Positions 1 through 12,703 of a stretch of 64,000 bases of DNA are shown piece by piece. The stretch spans positions 1,550,001 through 1,614,000 of the forward strand of contig NW_025767468.1 of assembly GCF_003918875.1 (NCBI RefSeq), written 5' to 3'. The translations under genes were made by a program, and so were the position numbers. How positions within the stretch are numbered: position 1 is the first letter of the stretch; each line of letters begins with the position of its first letter. Under the pieces are notes generated by a model. That model made no database searches. It was not told where the DNA came from and saw only the letters and a list, made by a program, of their open reading frames with translations. Source of the stretch: Haliotis rubra. Its lineage: Eukaryota.

Positions 1-104
1 GGACAAATGAGTCGGTCCCAGGCCTGTCCGTAATAGACAGATTCTACTGTAATTGTGTGCACACCGAATCTCCCAAATAACTTTACAATATCTAACTCCC
101 TGTG

Positions 105-275
105 AATGAGTGAGTGAGTAGGTTTTTTTAAGCCGTTTTAGAAATATCCCAGCAATATCATGGCAGAGGACAACAGAAATGGGCTTCACAAATTGTACCC
201 ATGTGGGAAAATGAACCCAGGTTTCGGGGGTGATGACGAGCGAACGCATTAACCATAAGCCTGCCTCACTGCCCC
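105..275 (-). mobile_element. SINE family A (tRNA-Asp-like head)
   Basis: Diverged reverse copy of the consensus seen at 60213-60378, with (CTCA)n tail. Confidence 0.8.
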
Positions 276-624
276 TGTGTACGAGTGAGGTAAAACGTTA
301 CTTCGTTACTTCACTTTGTCATTCTTTCAAAATCTGATTTTAGCCAAGGGCTGGAGTGCCCTTGTATCAAAAACACCACATCAAACATTCATCCTTTCTG
401 TTCAACATATTCATGTGTTTCAGACAATACTAAGAAGCAAAATATACCACTCAAAAAATAGTTTAAAGAACATCCAAATTTAAGTTTGACTATCTCATGG
501 CTTGTGGGCATGGCAACACACAACCCTTCGCCAATGGTGTTCTTTAACTTGTTGAGAGTATAATACATAGAACATAACATTTGTTCAGATAATGTTTCCC
601 TAGCTACAAAACACATAATAAGCT

Positions 625-745
625 GTTCACTGGTCCCTCAGGGGACATGGGTTGATGTACCCTCTATTTATGTTTATGTTCCCCAGGGAACCCAAGGAAC
701 ATAAACAAACATAGAGGGTACAACAACCCGAGGGACCAGTGAACA
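625..745. mobile_element. Hairpin terminus of a non-autonomous DNA element (Crypton-like)
   Basis: Nested inverted repeats tgttcactggtccctc/gagggaccagtgaaca and taccctctat..tgtttatgttcc/ggaacataaaca..atagagggta. Family assignment is inference. Confidence 0.5.
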
Positions 746-1034
746 ACGTATTTATCTTACCGATAACCTCAATGTTAAGTTTGAACTGTTTGATGCATGT
801 GTATCGGATCATAATAAGAAGTACCAGAGTTAGGCAATTAGCTAATACCAACAACAGCCAAAACACTACTAACACAATGAACCAAATAATTTCCCACTGT
901 TCGGCATTCCCAGCAGGTAACATAGAAAATGTTACTCGCTCGTAAACGGGATACATTGATCAGCTCAGAAAGCGACATTTATGTGTTAGGTAAGACAAAT
1001 GGTAATAACTGCTTTTTCTGTCCACAGGTAATGA

Positions 1035-1182
1035 GAGTGAGTATGGTTTTACACCGCTTTTAGCAATATTCCAGCAATATCACAGTTGGGGACACCAGCT
1101 TCATGCATTACACCAATTTGGGGACTCGAACTTGGGTCTTGGAGTGACGAGCAAATACTTTAACCGCCTGCCTACCCCACCA
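1035..1182 (-). mobile_element. SINE family A, head interrupted by a MITE
   Basis: ttttacaccgcttttagcaatattccagcaatatcac tail and body. Confidence 0.8.
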
Positions 1183-1686
1183 CATCCTCGATAATCTCCA
1201 GGGTATACGTTATATGATCACTCTCCACTATACCCTGGATGCATCCACGGCTTGGCCTGATGATTTTATTACCTCCCTTGGCTGGCTTTTTATCTAATCA
1301 GGTGTCTACGCTGGGAAGTTGAGCAAACCAATCACAACTCACTTTTGCTTCTTTAATTATCTAACCGTTTAAACAATTGATGCAGAGGTACTCTGAAAGA
1401 TGTGGAAGGAGTTCTTTTATATATTTTTGAAAGTTTCAGATCTGTCAATTTGTCCATATCATTTCTCCCAAAATCTGAGTAGTACTGCGAACAAACCTTC
1501 GCGACTGCAACAGCTATCTTTGTTGACACTGGCAAGCTCGGTTGTAACGGCGGCTTAGCTGATTGGCTACTGTGAGAATGCGGAGGCAGCAAAGGGAGGT
1601 ACTATAATTATCGGGCCAAGCCGTGGATACATCCAGGGTATAGTGGAGAGTGATTGTAACACATACCCTGGAGATTATCGAGGATG
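1183..1686. mobile_element. Non-autonomous DNA transposon (MULE-like MITE)
   Basis: About 95-bp TIRs (catcctcgataatctccagggtat... / ...ataccctggagattatcgaggatg) and perfect 9-bp TSD accccacca (1174-1182, 1687-1695). Confidence 0.88.
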
Positions 1687-1737
1687 ACCCCACCACAGAT
1701 ATAAGCATAAAGCGTGCTGCTTCACAACTGCACTTAC

Positions 1738-4700
1738 TCCACAACAAATGGCTTTGGTTGTAGCGCTGCCTCAACTCCATAGATGATGGCAGGTCGTGTG
1801 TAGAACCCGAGGTAGATAGCTAGAGGACCAGCATACTCAGTCAAAAATACCTGGATAAAATATAGACATGAGTGAATATCGATTTCAACTTCAGAGAGCA
1901 ATATATCACCTGTTTAACGGCACTGTTACCCAATCAATATAAACCAGGAGTTGGCTTGAGCAATGGCAGGATCTGTCAACACAGAATCAGGAAGGTCACA
2001 AAACGTGTCAAACCGATTCTGTTCACTGTATCCTCATTGTCCAACCAAGCATTGCATGGCCACAAGAAGCAACCCCGAGACTGAAGAATTCCCATTTAAA
2101 AAAGTTCTCCCCTTAAGTGAGTGAGTTTAGTTTTACGCCACTTTAAGCAATATTCCAGCAATATTCCAGCAATATCACGGCAGGGGACACCAGAAATGGG
2201 CATCACACATTGTACCCATGTTAGGAATTGAATTCGGCGTGACGAGCTAAAGATTAAACCACAGGCTATCCAACTGTCCCTCTCACCTCAAATTTGAGGC
2301 ATTAGAAACCTATTTTTCCCCAACACCTCTACACACCAAAGATCACTGAGACTATTGTTAAGTGGCTAGTCTTAAGGACTTGGATTTGAAAAAATATAAT
2401 GATCTCCATTCAACAAAATGGGGTACAATGTTTTCTAGATACAAAGACCAAACAAACAAAGACATTCTGTTCACCCCTGGGTCAAAGGAACATCAATCAA
2501 CAGAAAGACACCACCAGTGTCTCGAAAACAAGTTTCCTAATATCTGTGAAACTGGCAACCTCACACAATGAAATAAAATGTTTTCGTTTCCTCTAATATC
2601 TGTGAAACTGGCGACCTCACACAATGAAATAAAATGTTTTCTCATTCACTTACTGTTGTCCAGCCGACTTGAGGCCCTAAATCTTTGAAGAATAATTCTC
2701 CACCACTTCTCATGCCAAGACTCTCCAGAGTTTGGTCATCTTTTAATGATTTGCCCCCTGGAATGAAAACAGTTCCACTTAGGTTTGTTTGTTTGTTGTT
2801 TTACACCGCACTCAGCAATATTCCAGCTATATGGCGGCGGTCTGTAAATAATCGAGTGTAGACCAGACAATCCAGTGATCAACAGCTTGAGCATAGATCT
2901 ACACAATTGGGATACGATGACATGTGTCAACCAAGTCAGCAAGCCTGACCACCCGATCCCGTTAGTCGCCTCTTACGACAAGCATGGATACTGAAGACCA
3001 ATACTAACCTGGATCTCCACGGGTGTTACACTTATAGCCATACCATGTTTACTCACTAAAGCAAACATAATTTTCATTTTACAATAAAAATATGATAGCC
3101 ATTAAAACAAGAAATGAAAGTAACATTTACATGCATTCATTTCCAACACTTTCATATCGCACAGCAATATATGCAAGACCTGTGAACAAAGATTCTACAC
3201 ATTCTTCAAGAGATCAAGTCTTGATTGTTTTATCAACCATGGTAACACTCTACTCACTTGGTTCAGTACGAAATGACTGCCGGTCAGGGTAATACTTTGA
3301 TCCTGTTAAAGAAAAAACAGTTCTGTTGTTCTCATGATGTAATAAATACTCAAACAGGATGACATACTGCAATGCCAAAACTCAATTCCTATTATGTCTG
3401 TTGTGTACAAGTACACTTTAATTTTTGTAAATACATGTACTCAATTAATGTAATCTTACATGCCTACACACAAAAATGTCAAATTTTAGCCTGTGTACCG
3501 GTGGACAGATAAAATAACTGAGGTATACTGAGAGGTTCTATTTCAGGACATGAACTTGACAACTTGCAGTCTTTCTCATCGCATCTCATATTACAGATCA
3601 AATATAACTAACAAACACTAACATTTAAACTTTACTATATTTTTAAGATTAATGGAAAATGGTAAATACTAAAATACCCAATTGAGTTTCAGTGAGGTGA
3701 GTACAATTTATTTGGTTACTCAAAGGAAAATTAGGATACCCAGTTGAGATGAACACAAGCGAGTACATAACTCAATGACCAAAAAAGTTATCTGTAGCTC
3801 TGCTCATTTGTCCAGTTTATCATTGGTTATCAAAATCTACATTGTACATAGCTATAGTCTGTTTGGGTCAAAATGATACCGATGAATCACAATCTAACTC
3901 CAAATCGGTTCATGATCATGATGATCAAACATTCATTTCAACGCAGAATGTAATGAAAACATCAGACCAACTCTGGAAAAGGGTTTCATAATGTTTGTCT
4001 CCAAAACAAAAACTTTACTTAACAAACTATTATATTTGGTTGATTTTCTGTGTGAGGTTTTACGAGGGTAAAGAAACTACAGTTGCAGGAACAGCCTCAA
4101 GGGTGGGAAGCACGTGAAGTTTAGGATGTCAACATTTAGGGGTTGTATCAAAACTCGTCCGGTCTGGAATCTGAGGAAATTCCTGATTCACATTCACTAC
4201 TCTCAGATTGTACACTTATGATGACTGGTTGAATGGTGGCATCATCGAAACCACTTTCTTCCAGTACTGATTCTCTATTTCATTTTCTACTTTCTGTACA
4301 CAGTTTTGCCAGATTGCTGGTGTTATTTTACTTATGGCTTTACTATTCAGCTGTGATGTGGTAACTTTGGTCTATGATACAAAATGGAATATAATTACAG
4401 GTATTGCAGGTAAACACTATAAATCATCTGATGACCTGTACTTACTGATTCTTTCAAAGGCTCTCTTCACATCAGCAATAGTGGCAGTCGGAGACAGCTG
4501 GATAATACACATAAACAGTGTTTCATGTTCATAATTACATCGTAAAAATATAACCCAGACTAAACTCAAGTTAACTCATAATTATGATATATGCTGAGTT
4601 TCTTTCAAAAAGTAAACACATAGGTATTTAACGTTGCCTTAATCCGCATTAGGAACTTTTCGCAGCTCTGTTTTGAAACATGATCCTGTGTAACAAAGGA

Positions 4701-7700
4701 AACTGTAGACATGTTAGACAGATATCATATATACCCCACTTACAGTTATCATAATTACCCCACTTACAGTTATCACATATACCCACTTAGTTATCAAATA
4801 TACCCCACTTACAGTTATCACATATACCCCACTTACAGTTATCATATATACCCCACTTACAGTCATATTTACCCCACACAGTTATCACATATACCCCACT
4901 TACAGTTATCATATATACCCCACTTACAGTTATCATATATACCCCACTTACAGTTATCAAATATACCCCACTTACAGTTATCACATATACCCCACTTACA
5001 GTTATCACATATACCCCACTTACAGTTATCACATATACCCCACTTACAGTTATTATATATACCCCACTTACAGTTATCACATTACAGTTATCATATATCC
5101 CCACTTACAGTTATCACTTATTATCATATTTATCCCAACTTATCATATTTACCCCACTTACAGTTATATATACCCAAATTACAGTTATCATATTTATCAC
5201 ATATATACCCCACTAACTTTCAGTTATCACATACACCCCACTTACAGTTATCATATATACCCCACTTAGTTATCATATCATATATACCCCACTTACAGTT
5301 ATCATATATACCCTACAGTTATCATATTTATCATATTTACCCCACTCAGTTTATCACTTACAGTTATCATATAAACTCCACTTACCAGTATTTATCCCCC
5401 ACTTACTTACAGTTATCATATATACCCCACTTACAGTTATCACAGTTATATACTTACCCCACTTACAGTTATCATATACCCCCACTTAGTTATCATATAT
5501 ACCCCACTTACAGTTATCACATATACCCCACTTACAGTTATCATATATACCCCAATTACAGTTATCACATATATCCCACTTACAGTTTAACATAAATATA
5601 TCCTTATTTACAGCTTAACAAATATACCCTAGTTACATTTTAACACATATACCCTACTTATAGTTTAACATATATACCCTACTTACAAGTTACAGTTTAA
5701 CACATATACCCACTTACCATGCTTGCAGTTGAACATATATACCCTACTTGCAGTTTAACATATATACCCCATTTACCATGCTTGCAGTTTAACACATAAA
5801 ACCTACTTGCAGTTTAACATATATACAGGCACCCCAATCACAGTTTAACATTAATTCCTTACTCTGACACATACTAAAGACTCCAAGCCAGCCATTCCTT
5901 GTCTTATGACCCCTTATTTCCAAGCATCTGGCAGTCTAACAAGAAGTATCATTTTTTAACATTTTTGGTTATTACGTGGAAAGGGGATAGAGCCATGAAT
6001 CTTCTGCTGTCTGGACAGAGCCTCTATCCACTAGACCAAAAAGGAGGTCCAGTGGTACAGGTAATTGATGCTGTAAAGAATTACCACTTAGGTGCAACCA
6101 ACTAGTATGGCATAATGGTATAGTGTTGACAAACTATGGATCAAAACCTGGGAAAAGTTGGGATTTGAACCCAGCACATCCTGGCCTGGCCAACTATAAC
6201 ACTTCAACTTACCGTTGCAATTGTTGCTAGGACATTTGATGACCTAGCGTCGGTAACCCGGATCTGAAATAATAATTTTAAAATGAAAACCCTTGAATCT
6301 AAATCATAGCTCATGTCAGCCAAGAGTGAGTGACTTGGGTTTTACGCCGCTTATAGCAATATTCCAGCAACATCACGGTGGGGGACACCAGAAATGGTCT
6401 TCACGCATTGTACCCATGTGGGGAATCGAACCGGGTCTTCGACATGATAAGCGAATAGCTTTAACCACGAGGCTACCCCACCGCACCCGACAGCCAAGAA
6501 CATATACTGGGTCCCAGTTGTACCATATCTATAGTGCTAGGAACTGGTTAAAATGTCAACATTGAACTCTGTGCTGGAAAAGCAATCAAGGATCAATTAT
6601 TTAAGAAATACAGGTCACTCTACCACCATGTATAGTGTAATAAATAGAGGATACTGAACAACCTTCCATGTAATACCATTTTTATTAAACGAGTTAATGA
6701 TTTGGTATAAAACGAGCAAAAGCAAGTTTGATACTAAATCTTTCACGAGTTTAATAAAAATAGTATGTCTAGGAAGCAAGTTTAGCATTCTGTTTATTAC
6801 TCTCCAACATAATTGGATAGAAACTCCCGACAGTGTGACGACTCTCAGCTTTGCACGAGTCAAACAAGGTGTAATACATTGTGAAAGAGGTATCAGTATT
6901 GTTGTGTCATTGTCATCACTATAAAAAAATTATGATGCTATATTACCTAGCTATATTACAATATTGCCGTAAAAATATTACACAGCAGTATCTTGCACGG
7001 CGAGTAATAAAGCACTCTTTCGCCCTGAACTATTATTGTTAAAGCACAGGGATGCATGACATGCATTGTGGTATCGGTTACCAAGGGTATGTTCGATTAC
7101 AAGGGGGCAGACTAGAATGGCGCAGTGGCGCCAATACATCGTGACGTAATGCAAAAAGTGTATATTATCATCTGATAAAGTACTCTCGGCGCCTTTGATC
7201 TTTCACCCAAGTATCTAAGAGTGATCTATAAAGAAAATGATTTTTCAATTTTTCATCCTTTCTTAGCATCCTTCATGTAAACAATGCATCTAATTATATT
7301 TTAACACTCTATTAAAAGATCATATTTTCCTGTCATACACATCAGCAAGGAAACAAGACTTGGTATTTACTTTATGCCACACTCAATGTGCTCAACCACA
7401 ATCACTTTAAAATGAACTGAAACGCAAATGAGGCGCAGATTTCTGGATGGGTTGCTTGGCTAGAAACTAAAGCTGATCAATCATGGAAGAAGAAACTTAA
7501 TTCAATGGAATAACTTTATTTATATGAATTGAACAAATTTGAGTGAGTGCGTGAGTTTAGTTTTGAGCTGCACTCAGCAATATTGAAGGTATATGGCGGC
7601 GGTCTGTAAATAATTGAGTCTGGACCAGACAATCCAGGGATCAACAGCATGAACATCGGTCTACACAATTGGGATACGATGACGTGTCAACCAAGTCAGC

Positions 7701-9826
7701 AAGCCGTTAGTCGCCTCTTACGACAAGCATGGGTTAGTGAAGATCAATTCTAACCTGGACCTTCACGGGGTCACAAATTTGATCAGAACAGATTACAAGT
7801 TTGCACTTAACACTACTCTGTTGCATCCGTCTAACATATGATCAGGAACAACATGATTGATATAGGAGTGAGTGAGTGAGTTTTCTTTCACTACCTTTTT
7901 AACAACAGTCCAGCAATATCACGGCGAGGGACACCAGAAATGGACTTCACACATTGTACCCATGTGGGGAATCGAACCCAGGTCTTCGACGTGACGAGCG
8001 AATGTTTTAACCACTAGGCTACCCCACCGCCCCTGACTGATATAGGAGGAACACTCATGTAGTCTGTCTTACAGTTCCTGAACTGCATTGTTTTCCCTTC
8101 TGCCCAGCCCTCTGCTATGCTAAAGCCCTAAATGAAGCAAGTCTTAAAATGTAATAGGAATAATTTGTTTCAATTAAAATTATGTATCTTCAGACTAGTG
8201 TCATGTACAGATGCAGGTTGGAGGCATTGATGATTCTGTGATTATGAGGAATTCACAGGCCTAGGATCAAAACGGTGATGAAAATGGTAACCACAACTCT
8301 GCACAGTGTGATATGAGTTAGCTTTCCCTTCAGTTATATCGCTCAATTCTTCCGGGGCGGTGGGGTAGCCTAGTGGTTAAAGCATTTGCTCGTCACGCCG
8401 AAGACCCGGGTTCGATTCCCCACATGGGTACAATGTATGAAGCCCATTTTCCGGTTTCCCCTGCCGTGATATTGCTGTAATATTGCTAAAAGGGGCATTA
8501 AACCAAACTCACTCACTCAATTCTTCCAAAGCTCACAGTTTGACTAGAACATTCACCTCTGCTTAGACTCAAATAACCAGATAAGTCAAGTTCATTGTTT
8601 TTCACATGCATGTTAAAGAAATCACTTTGTTTAGTTCTCACATATATATGAATGAATAGTTTAGAAGTTCCAGTAATATGCTGCTGTATTTGAGATGTCG
8701 CATTGAGGAACCAAATCCATGATTCTGGCTATATGCAATATTTTCACTATTTTGCCCTGGTAGTTTGCATCAAATGCATATAGACTCCTTGTTCTAAGTA
8801 GATGAAAGTCGCGATGTTCTAAGCTGCCATGCTGATCAGCAATGTGTTCATAACAAATATGCATATCTAGCATTATAGTAGGAAGGCTAAGGATGTTTCC
8901 TTGAGGGACCAAACCCATCATTCTGGCTGTATGCTAATGAAGGGCCTTCTCCTCTAATCATCTATCACCCAGATCCATCAGTGATACCAAAAGAGCGGTT
9001 AAAATATGGTACTTGTTGGTCCCTGCCTGGCTTCTTGCATTAATGGGTACAACAAGGACAATCCTGCCGGAAAACGAGTCAGTATAATGTGTCTGAGTTG
9101 GGGTATTCATGCTTCACTGCGATTTTGATATCTCAGTGGGCTAGCACTATAAAACCAGCTTAAAGTCTGGGCTAGTACAAGCAGCAGCAAACGTGTTTAC
9201 GCGTGCACGTCGTCATATGAGCGAAATATTCTCAAGCATGACGTTATACCAAACCCATCATTCCTCACCTCACCTCACATAAACTCACTGTTCCTAGTTG
9301 CCAGGCTCATCAGCATAATAACTAAACATATCTTCTGTCATAGTATGACTTATGTATTACCAATTAAAGTAATACTAACGACAAAAACGTTTTCTGTTCA
9401 AGGATCACTCCTCAAGTAAGGGCACCCACTATCACCATTTTATGAAGTTATGGAAATATCATATATGAATATGGTCAGCGTGAGAATGAGAAAGTATAGA
9501 TGGTTTTCTGTTAGACGTTGCCGTCACGTCGTTGGCAAACATCTACACTGAGCAGCGACTGAAGATTCATAGTACTACATACACTGTCAGTCGTATGAAC
9601 AAAGCCATACGTATGATTGTGATACATTGTATTACTGATAATGAACTTTGCACTTTGAGTCAGTAAGCTAAAGCTCGATAAAAACTAACGATACCACATT
9701 TAATGTTCATACATCCTTTGGAATATAACATAAACCTTTCCAAAGAAGATATAACACATTGTTAGGACTAAGTTTCGTCTATCACTTGCACAAAACACAT
9801 CTAAACATGCCCACCTCGTACACCAT
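1738..9826 (-). CDS. TECR: Very-long-chain (trans-2,3-) enoyl-CoA reductase, 5' part (6 coding exons; gene continues beyond window start)
   Basis: GT-AG exons in compatible phases: 9826-9815 (MVYE), 6263-6213 (IRVTDARSSNVLATIAT, 51 nt), 4497-4446 (LSPTATIADVKRAFERI, 52 nt), 3302-3258 (RSKYYPDRQSFRTEP, 45 nt), 2757-2654 (RGKSLKDDQTL...FFKDLGPQVGWTT, 104 nt), 1850-1738 (VFLTEYAGPLAIYLGFYTRP...). Matches TECR/Sc2 motifs YPxRQS, GKSLKD, FxDLGxQ(I/V)xWxTVFLTEYAGPL. Exon 1 is the least certain. Confidence 0.93.
2117..2280 (-). mobile_element. SINE family A
   Basis: Family A body and tail. Confidence 0.8.
2536..2641. repeat. ~57-bp tandem duplication
   Basis: taatatctgtgaaactggc(a/g)acctcacacaatgaaataaaatgttttc occurs twice. 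Confidence 0.85.
2783..3024 (-). mobile_element. SINE family B (non-tRNA head)
   Basis: Full-length reverse copy of gacccgtgaagatcc...gtcgtaagaggcgactaa...aatattgctgagtgcggcgtaaaac. Confidence 0.85.
4150..4341 (-). pseudogene. Relic C-terminus of an IS630/Tc1-like (DDE_3-type) transposase in TECR intron 3
   Basis: Translates KAISKITPAIWQNCVQKVENEIENQYWKK, frameshift, DDATIQPVIISVQSESSECES. Resembles the acidic C-terminal tail of this transposase group; recognition from memory. Confidence 0.45.
4723..5830. repeat. 24-bp minisatellite (tatcatatataccccacttacagt)n in TECR intron 2
   Basis: Dozens of units, degenerating toward 5830; explains spurious ORF 4711..5595. Confidence 0.95.
6323..6490 (-). 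mobile_element. SINE family A
   Basis: Family A consensus match. Confidence 0.85.
7540..7772 (-). mobile_element. SINE family B
   Basis: Family B match flanked by TSD acaaatttga. Confidence 0.88.
7866..8034 (-). mobile_element. SINE family A
   Basis: Full length; TSD tga(t/c)tgatataggag. Confidence 0.9.
8354..8518 (+). mobile_element. SINE family A
   Basis: A box tagcctagtgg, B box ggttcgattcc; TSD ctcaattcttcc. Confidence 0.9.
8985..9275 (+). mobile_element. Old SINE, Meta/RUDI-like central domain
   Basis: tggtacttg...gcattaa...gtcagtataatgtgtctgagt...cagtgggctagcactataaaa core, followed by a degenerate version of the shared tail. Confidence 0.55.
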
Positions 9827-10484
9827 GTTGGTAGTAACAGCCCACACCGGTCGAATGATCGTGTTTTAGAGTTACCTGCCCCTGAGTACATGGCGCTTTC
9901 AGCGTTCAGCACTCACGTGTGTTAATTGTCAGTTCTATATTGATCATTTATTTATTGTGCAATTCCGATAAAGTTGCAGAAAATGAAATGTTGAACTCTT
10001 TATTACAGGACATACTTCACTTTTATGTTTATGACAGACCGGATGGTGTGCAATACATACGACCGGTTTACAATAATTATTTTCGGAACTTCTTATGATC
10101 ATTGATGGAATGCAAGTTTATATAGAGGTCCCTGAACTCCTGTGGCTTCAAATTTCGAATACACGTTTATTTATTTGAACATATAAATATATGCATGGAA
10201 ATATTAAAACTTCCATTTTATCTTATATAATATCATAAAAATAGCAATAAATCACAATATACAGAGAAAAGGGGGGTGCACAGTTCATTTTCACCCGTTT
10301 GAGAGTTTCAATGGTCATTTTAACTTTCAGGACAAAAAGGTGTGTGTGTGCGTGCGTGCGTGCGCACGCGCGTGTGTGTGTGGCGGTGTTTTAGCGCCTC
10401 TGGACCCGCCTATGATATATCAATAACACTATTTATGTGTTAAAGCAGACTTTGAAATTGAAGTTTTTCGATCACTTTTTACGA

Positions 10485-10613
10485 GGGGCGGTGGGGTAGC
10501 CTAGTGGTTGGCTCGTCACGCCGACATGCCGAAGACCCGGGTTTCTGTTGTCACCCGTCGTCATAATGCTGGTTTATTGCTCAAAAAGGCATAAAACCAT
10601 ACTTTCTCACTCA
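10485..10613 (+). mobile_element. SINE family A (internally deleted)
   Basis: ggggcggtggggtagcctagtggtt head plus tail. Confidence 0.75.
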
Positions 10614-10653
10614 TAGTTTACGAAAACTTAAGGTACATATCGTTTTTGAAAGT

Positions 10654-10812
10654 ACAGTTGAACACTACTGTGTCGAACTTCCGGTTGTCACGAAGTAAAG
10701 GGTTGGTCCCTGCGTATTCCTTTCTTAGTCATTTTACGGTTATGTCGAACATCGGATAACTCGAACTATTTACTTATTGTTCTTCAGCTTCGACACGATG
10801 GTGTTATTTTGT
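10654..10812. mobile_element. Tc1/mariner-pogo-type MITE (ta|cagt terminus)
   Basis: Related inverted copy at 41370-41539 and a partial copy at 32637-32678. Confidence 0.65.
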
Positions 10813-12348
10813 ATTATGATTTGTTTAGTATTTGAGTAGTTCGTACATATTATTAAATGCTTGAACAGTTCATGGGATTAGTGACCGTTAAAAAATCAAG
10901 GCTGGGTGCGGTGGGGTGTGTTTGGTGGTGATGATTTCAAGAAAGGGGTCACAAATTTTGTTCTGTGAAAGGGGTGGGGCATCAATTTTGAAGGGGTTGT
11001 ACATGGCATCAATTTGTACACAAAATGGGGGTAGTTGATTCATTTTTGTACATGACATGCAGGGTGGGGTTCACTTACCTTTTGCATAATATTATTTTTT
11101 ATTGGGGGGTTGCATTAACATTGTACATGCTTCTCCGGTAAAATCATTATCACCCCTACCATAAATTATGAACGGCCCATCAATACTAGTGGTATCCTCG
11201 AACTCGTCTCATCGTCCTGATGTCTATGTTTAATAATTGTCTACTGAAATAGGCATGTTGTCATTTTTTAATTAGCATGTTTCCAAACTGACTGAATAAT
11301 CAATCGCGAGTGTGCATACGAGTAAAGAGCTATGTATAAATAGACACAATATACATATGGCAGGCTAAATTGGTTGCCTCTCGTTAAGGACATCGTCAAA
11401 TGATAATGGTGCACCATTATATGTCAGAATAACCTTATTGATAGGCAAATGACAGTTTTATTAAATACTGGTGTGAATATATATTGGTTTTCTCTGGCCA
11501 TAACTTCATTCTTGCATTTAGCCGTTGGCAAGGACAGTGGTTATTTGTTAGTACATCATGGTGGCGTGCGCCGTCTGCGTGTGTTGGATGGTTTCTAATT
11601 TTGAGACTTTCGAGTGCGTTCATGCGTGTGTTTAATGGTTTTGAGTTTGAATTTCTAATTTTGTTGATTTTCAATTGATTGCATTCAGCCTATATGTGAA
11701 ACCTGTCGTCAAAACAGCAACATCGCGTATGTAATTTGACACAAACAGTGCATTACATTGTTAGGGAAGCGACGACAGTACTCATTGATGGAGACAAACA
11801 ACATGGCTGCCTGGGGCGACAGCAACAGCACAAGTGACAACCACTCACCATGTGTAATATAGCCTGTCGGGCCACGTTCACTGCATGGGGCGACATGCAG
11901 CAACAACACTGCATGCGACGACAATATAACAAACAACAAACACGTAATGTCTTTCGGGAATTAACGAAAACGTCTGAACTAATCGCACATCTGGTGTAGT
12001 CAGTGAGTGAGTTTAGTTTGACGCCGCACTCAGCAATATTCCAGCTATATAGCGGCGTCTAGAGTAACTGAGCACATAGAGAAATGGCCTGGGATCAAAG
12101 GCATTGACAAGGTGATCTGTCGTCTGCGACATTTCCCGAAATGCTAAGGGTATGCTGGAGCTATTGCGGTAATATGTGTTATATTTTTCTAGTAAATTAC
12201 CAATTCTAGTACTTTTGGGGTTGAGTCCTATCCTGGAGTCAAATTCACACCCTCGTTTTTGTTTTTTTGTTTTTTGTATCCTGCTCCACTCCATTTGATT
12301 TGATTGTAACCGCCGCAAGTTGAGCGTTTACTCGATTAGAGAGGAAGA

Positions 12349-12703
12349 ATGAGTGAGTGAACTTAGTTTTACACCGCAATCACCAATATTCCAGCTATAT
12401 GGAGGTGGTCTGTAAATAATGGAGTCTGGACCAGAAAATCCAGAGTTCAAACATCGTGACCATCGATCTACGCAATTGGGATACGATGACAACCAAAGTA
12501 AGTCAGCGAGCCTGACCACCCGATCTCTTTAGTCGCCTCTTACGACAAGCATGGGTTACTGAAGATCATTTCTAACCCGGATCTTCACGGGTCCAGATAA
12601 TCCAGTGATCAACAGCATGAGTATGGATCTACGCAATTGGGATACGATGACAAGTTAGTTTGTTAGTAAGTATGGGTTGCTGAAAATCGAATCTTCACGG
12701 GTC
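12349..12703 (-). mobile_element. SINE family B plus tandem partial copy
   Basis: Full copy 12349-12594 followed by a deleted second copy; isolated tail at 12003-12062. Confidence 0.85.

Noticed and set aside
4446-4497. TIADVKRAFE as part of the neighbouring transposase relic
   Set aside because: It is bounded by splice sites and is TECR exon 3
4711-5595. 294-aa His/Tyr/Pro-rich ORF
   Set aside because: Translation of a 24-bp minisatellite inside a TECR intron
8073-8127. 55-nt exon-like segment in TECR intron 1 (a similar one lies near 5863-5935)
   Set aside because: Would break the TECR frame and has no homology; cannot be distinguished from chance splice-like signals without RNA data
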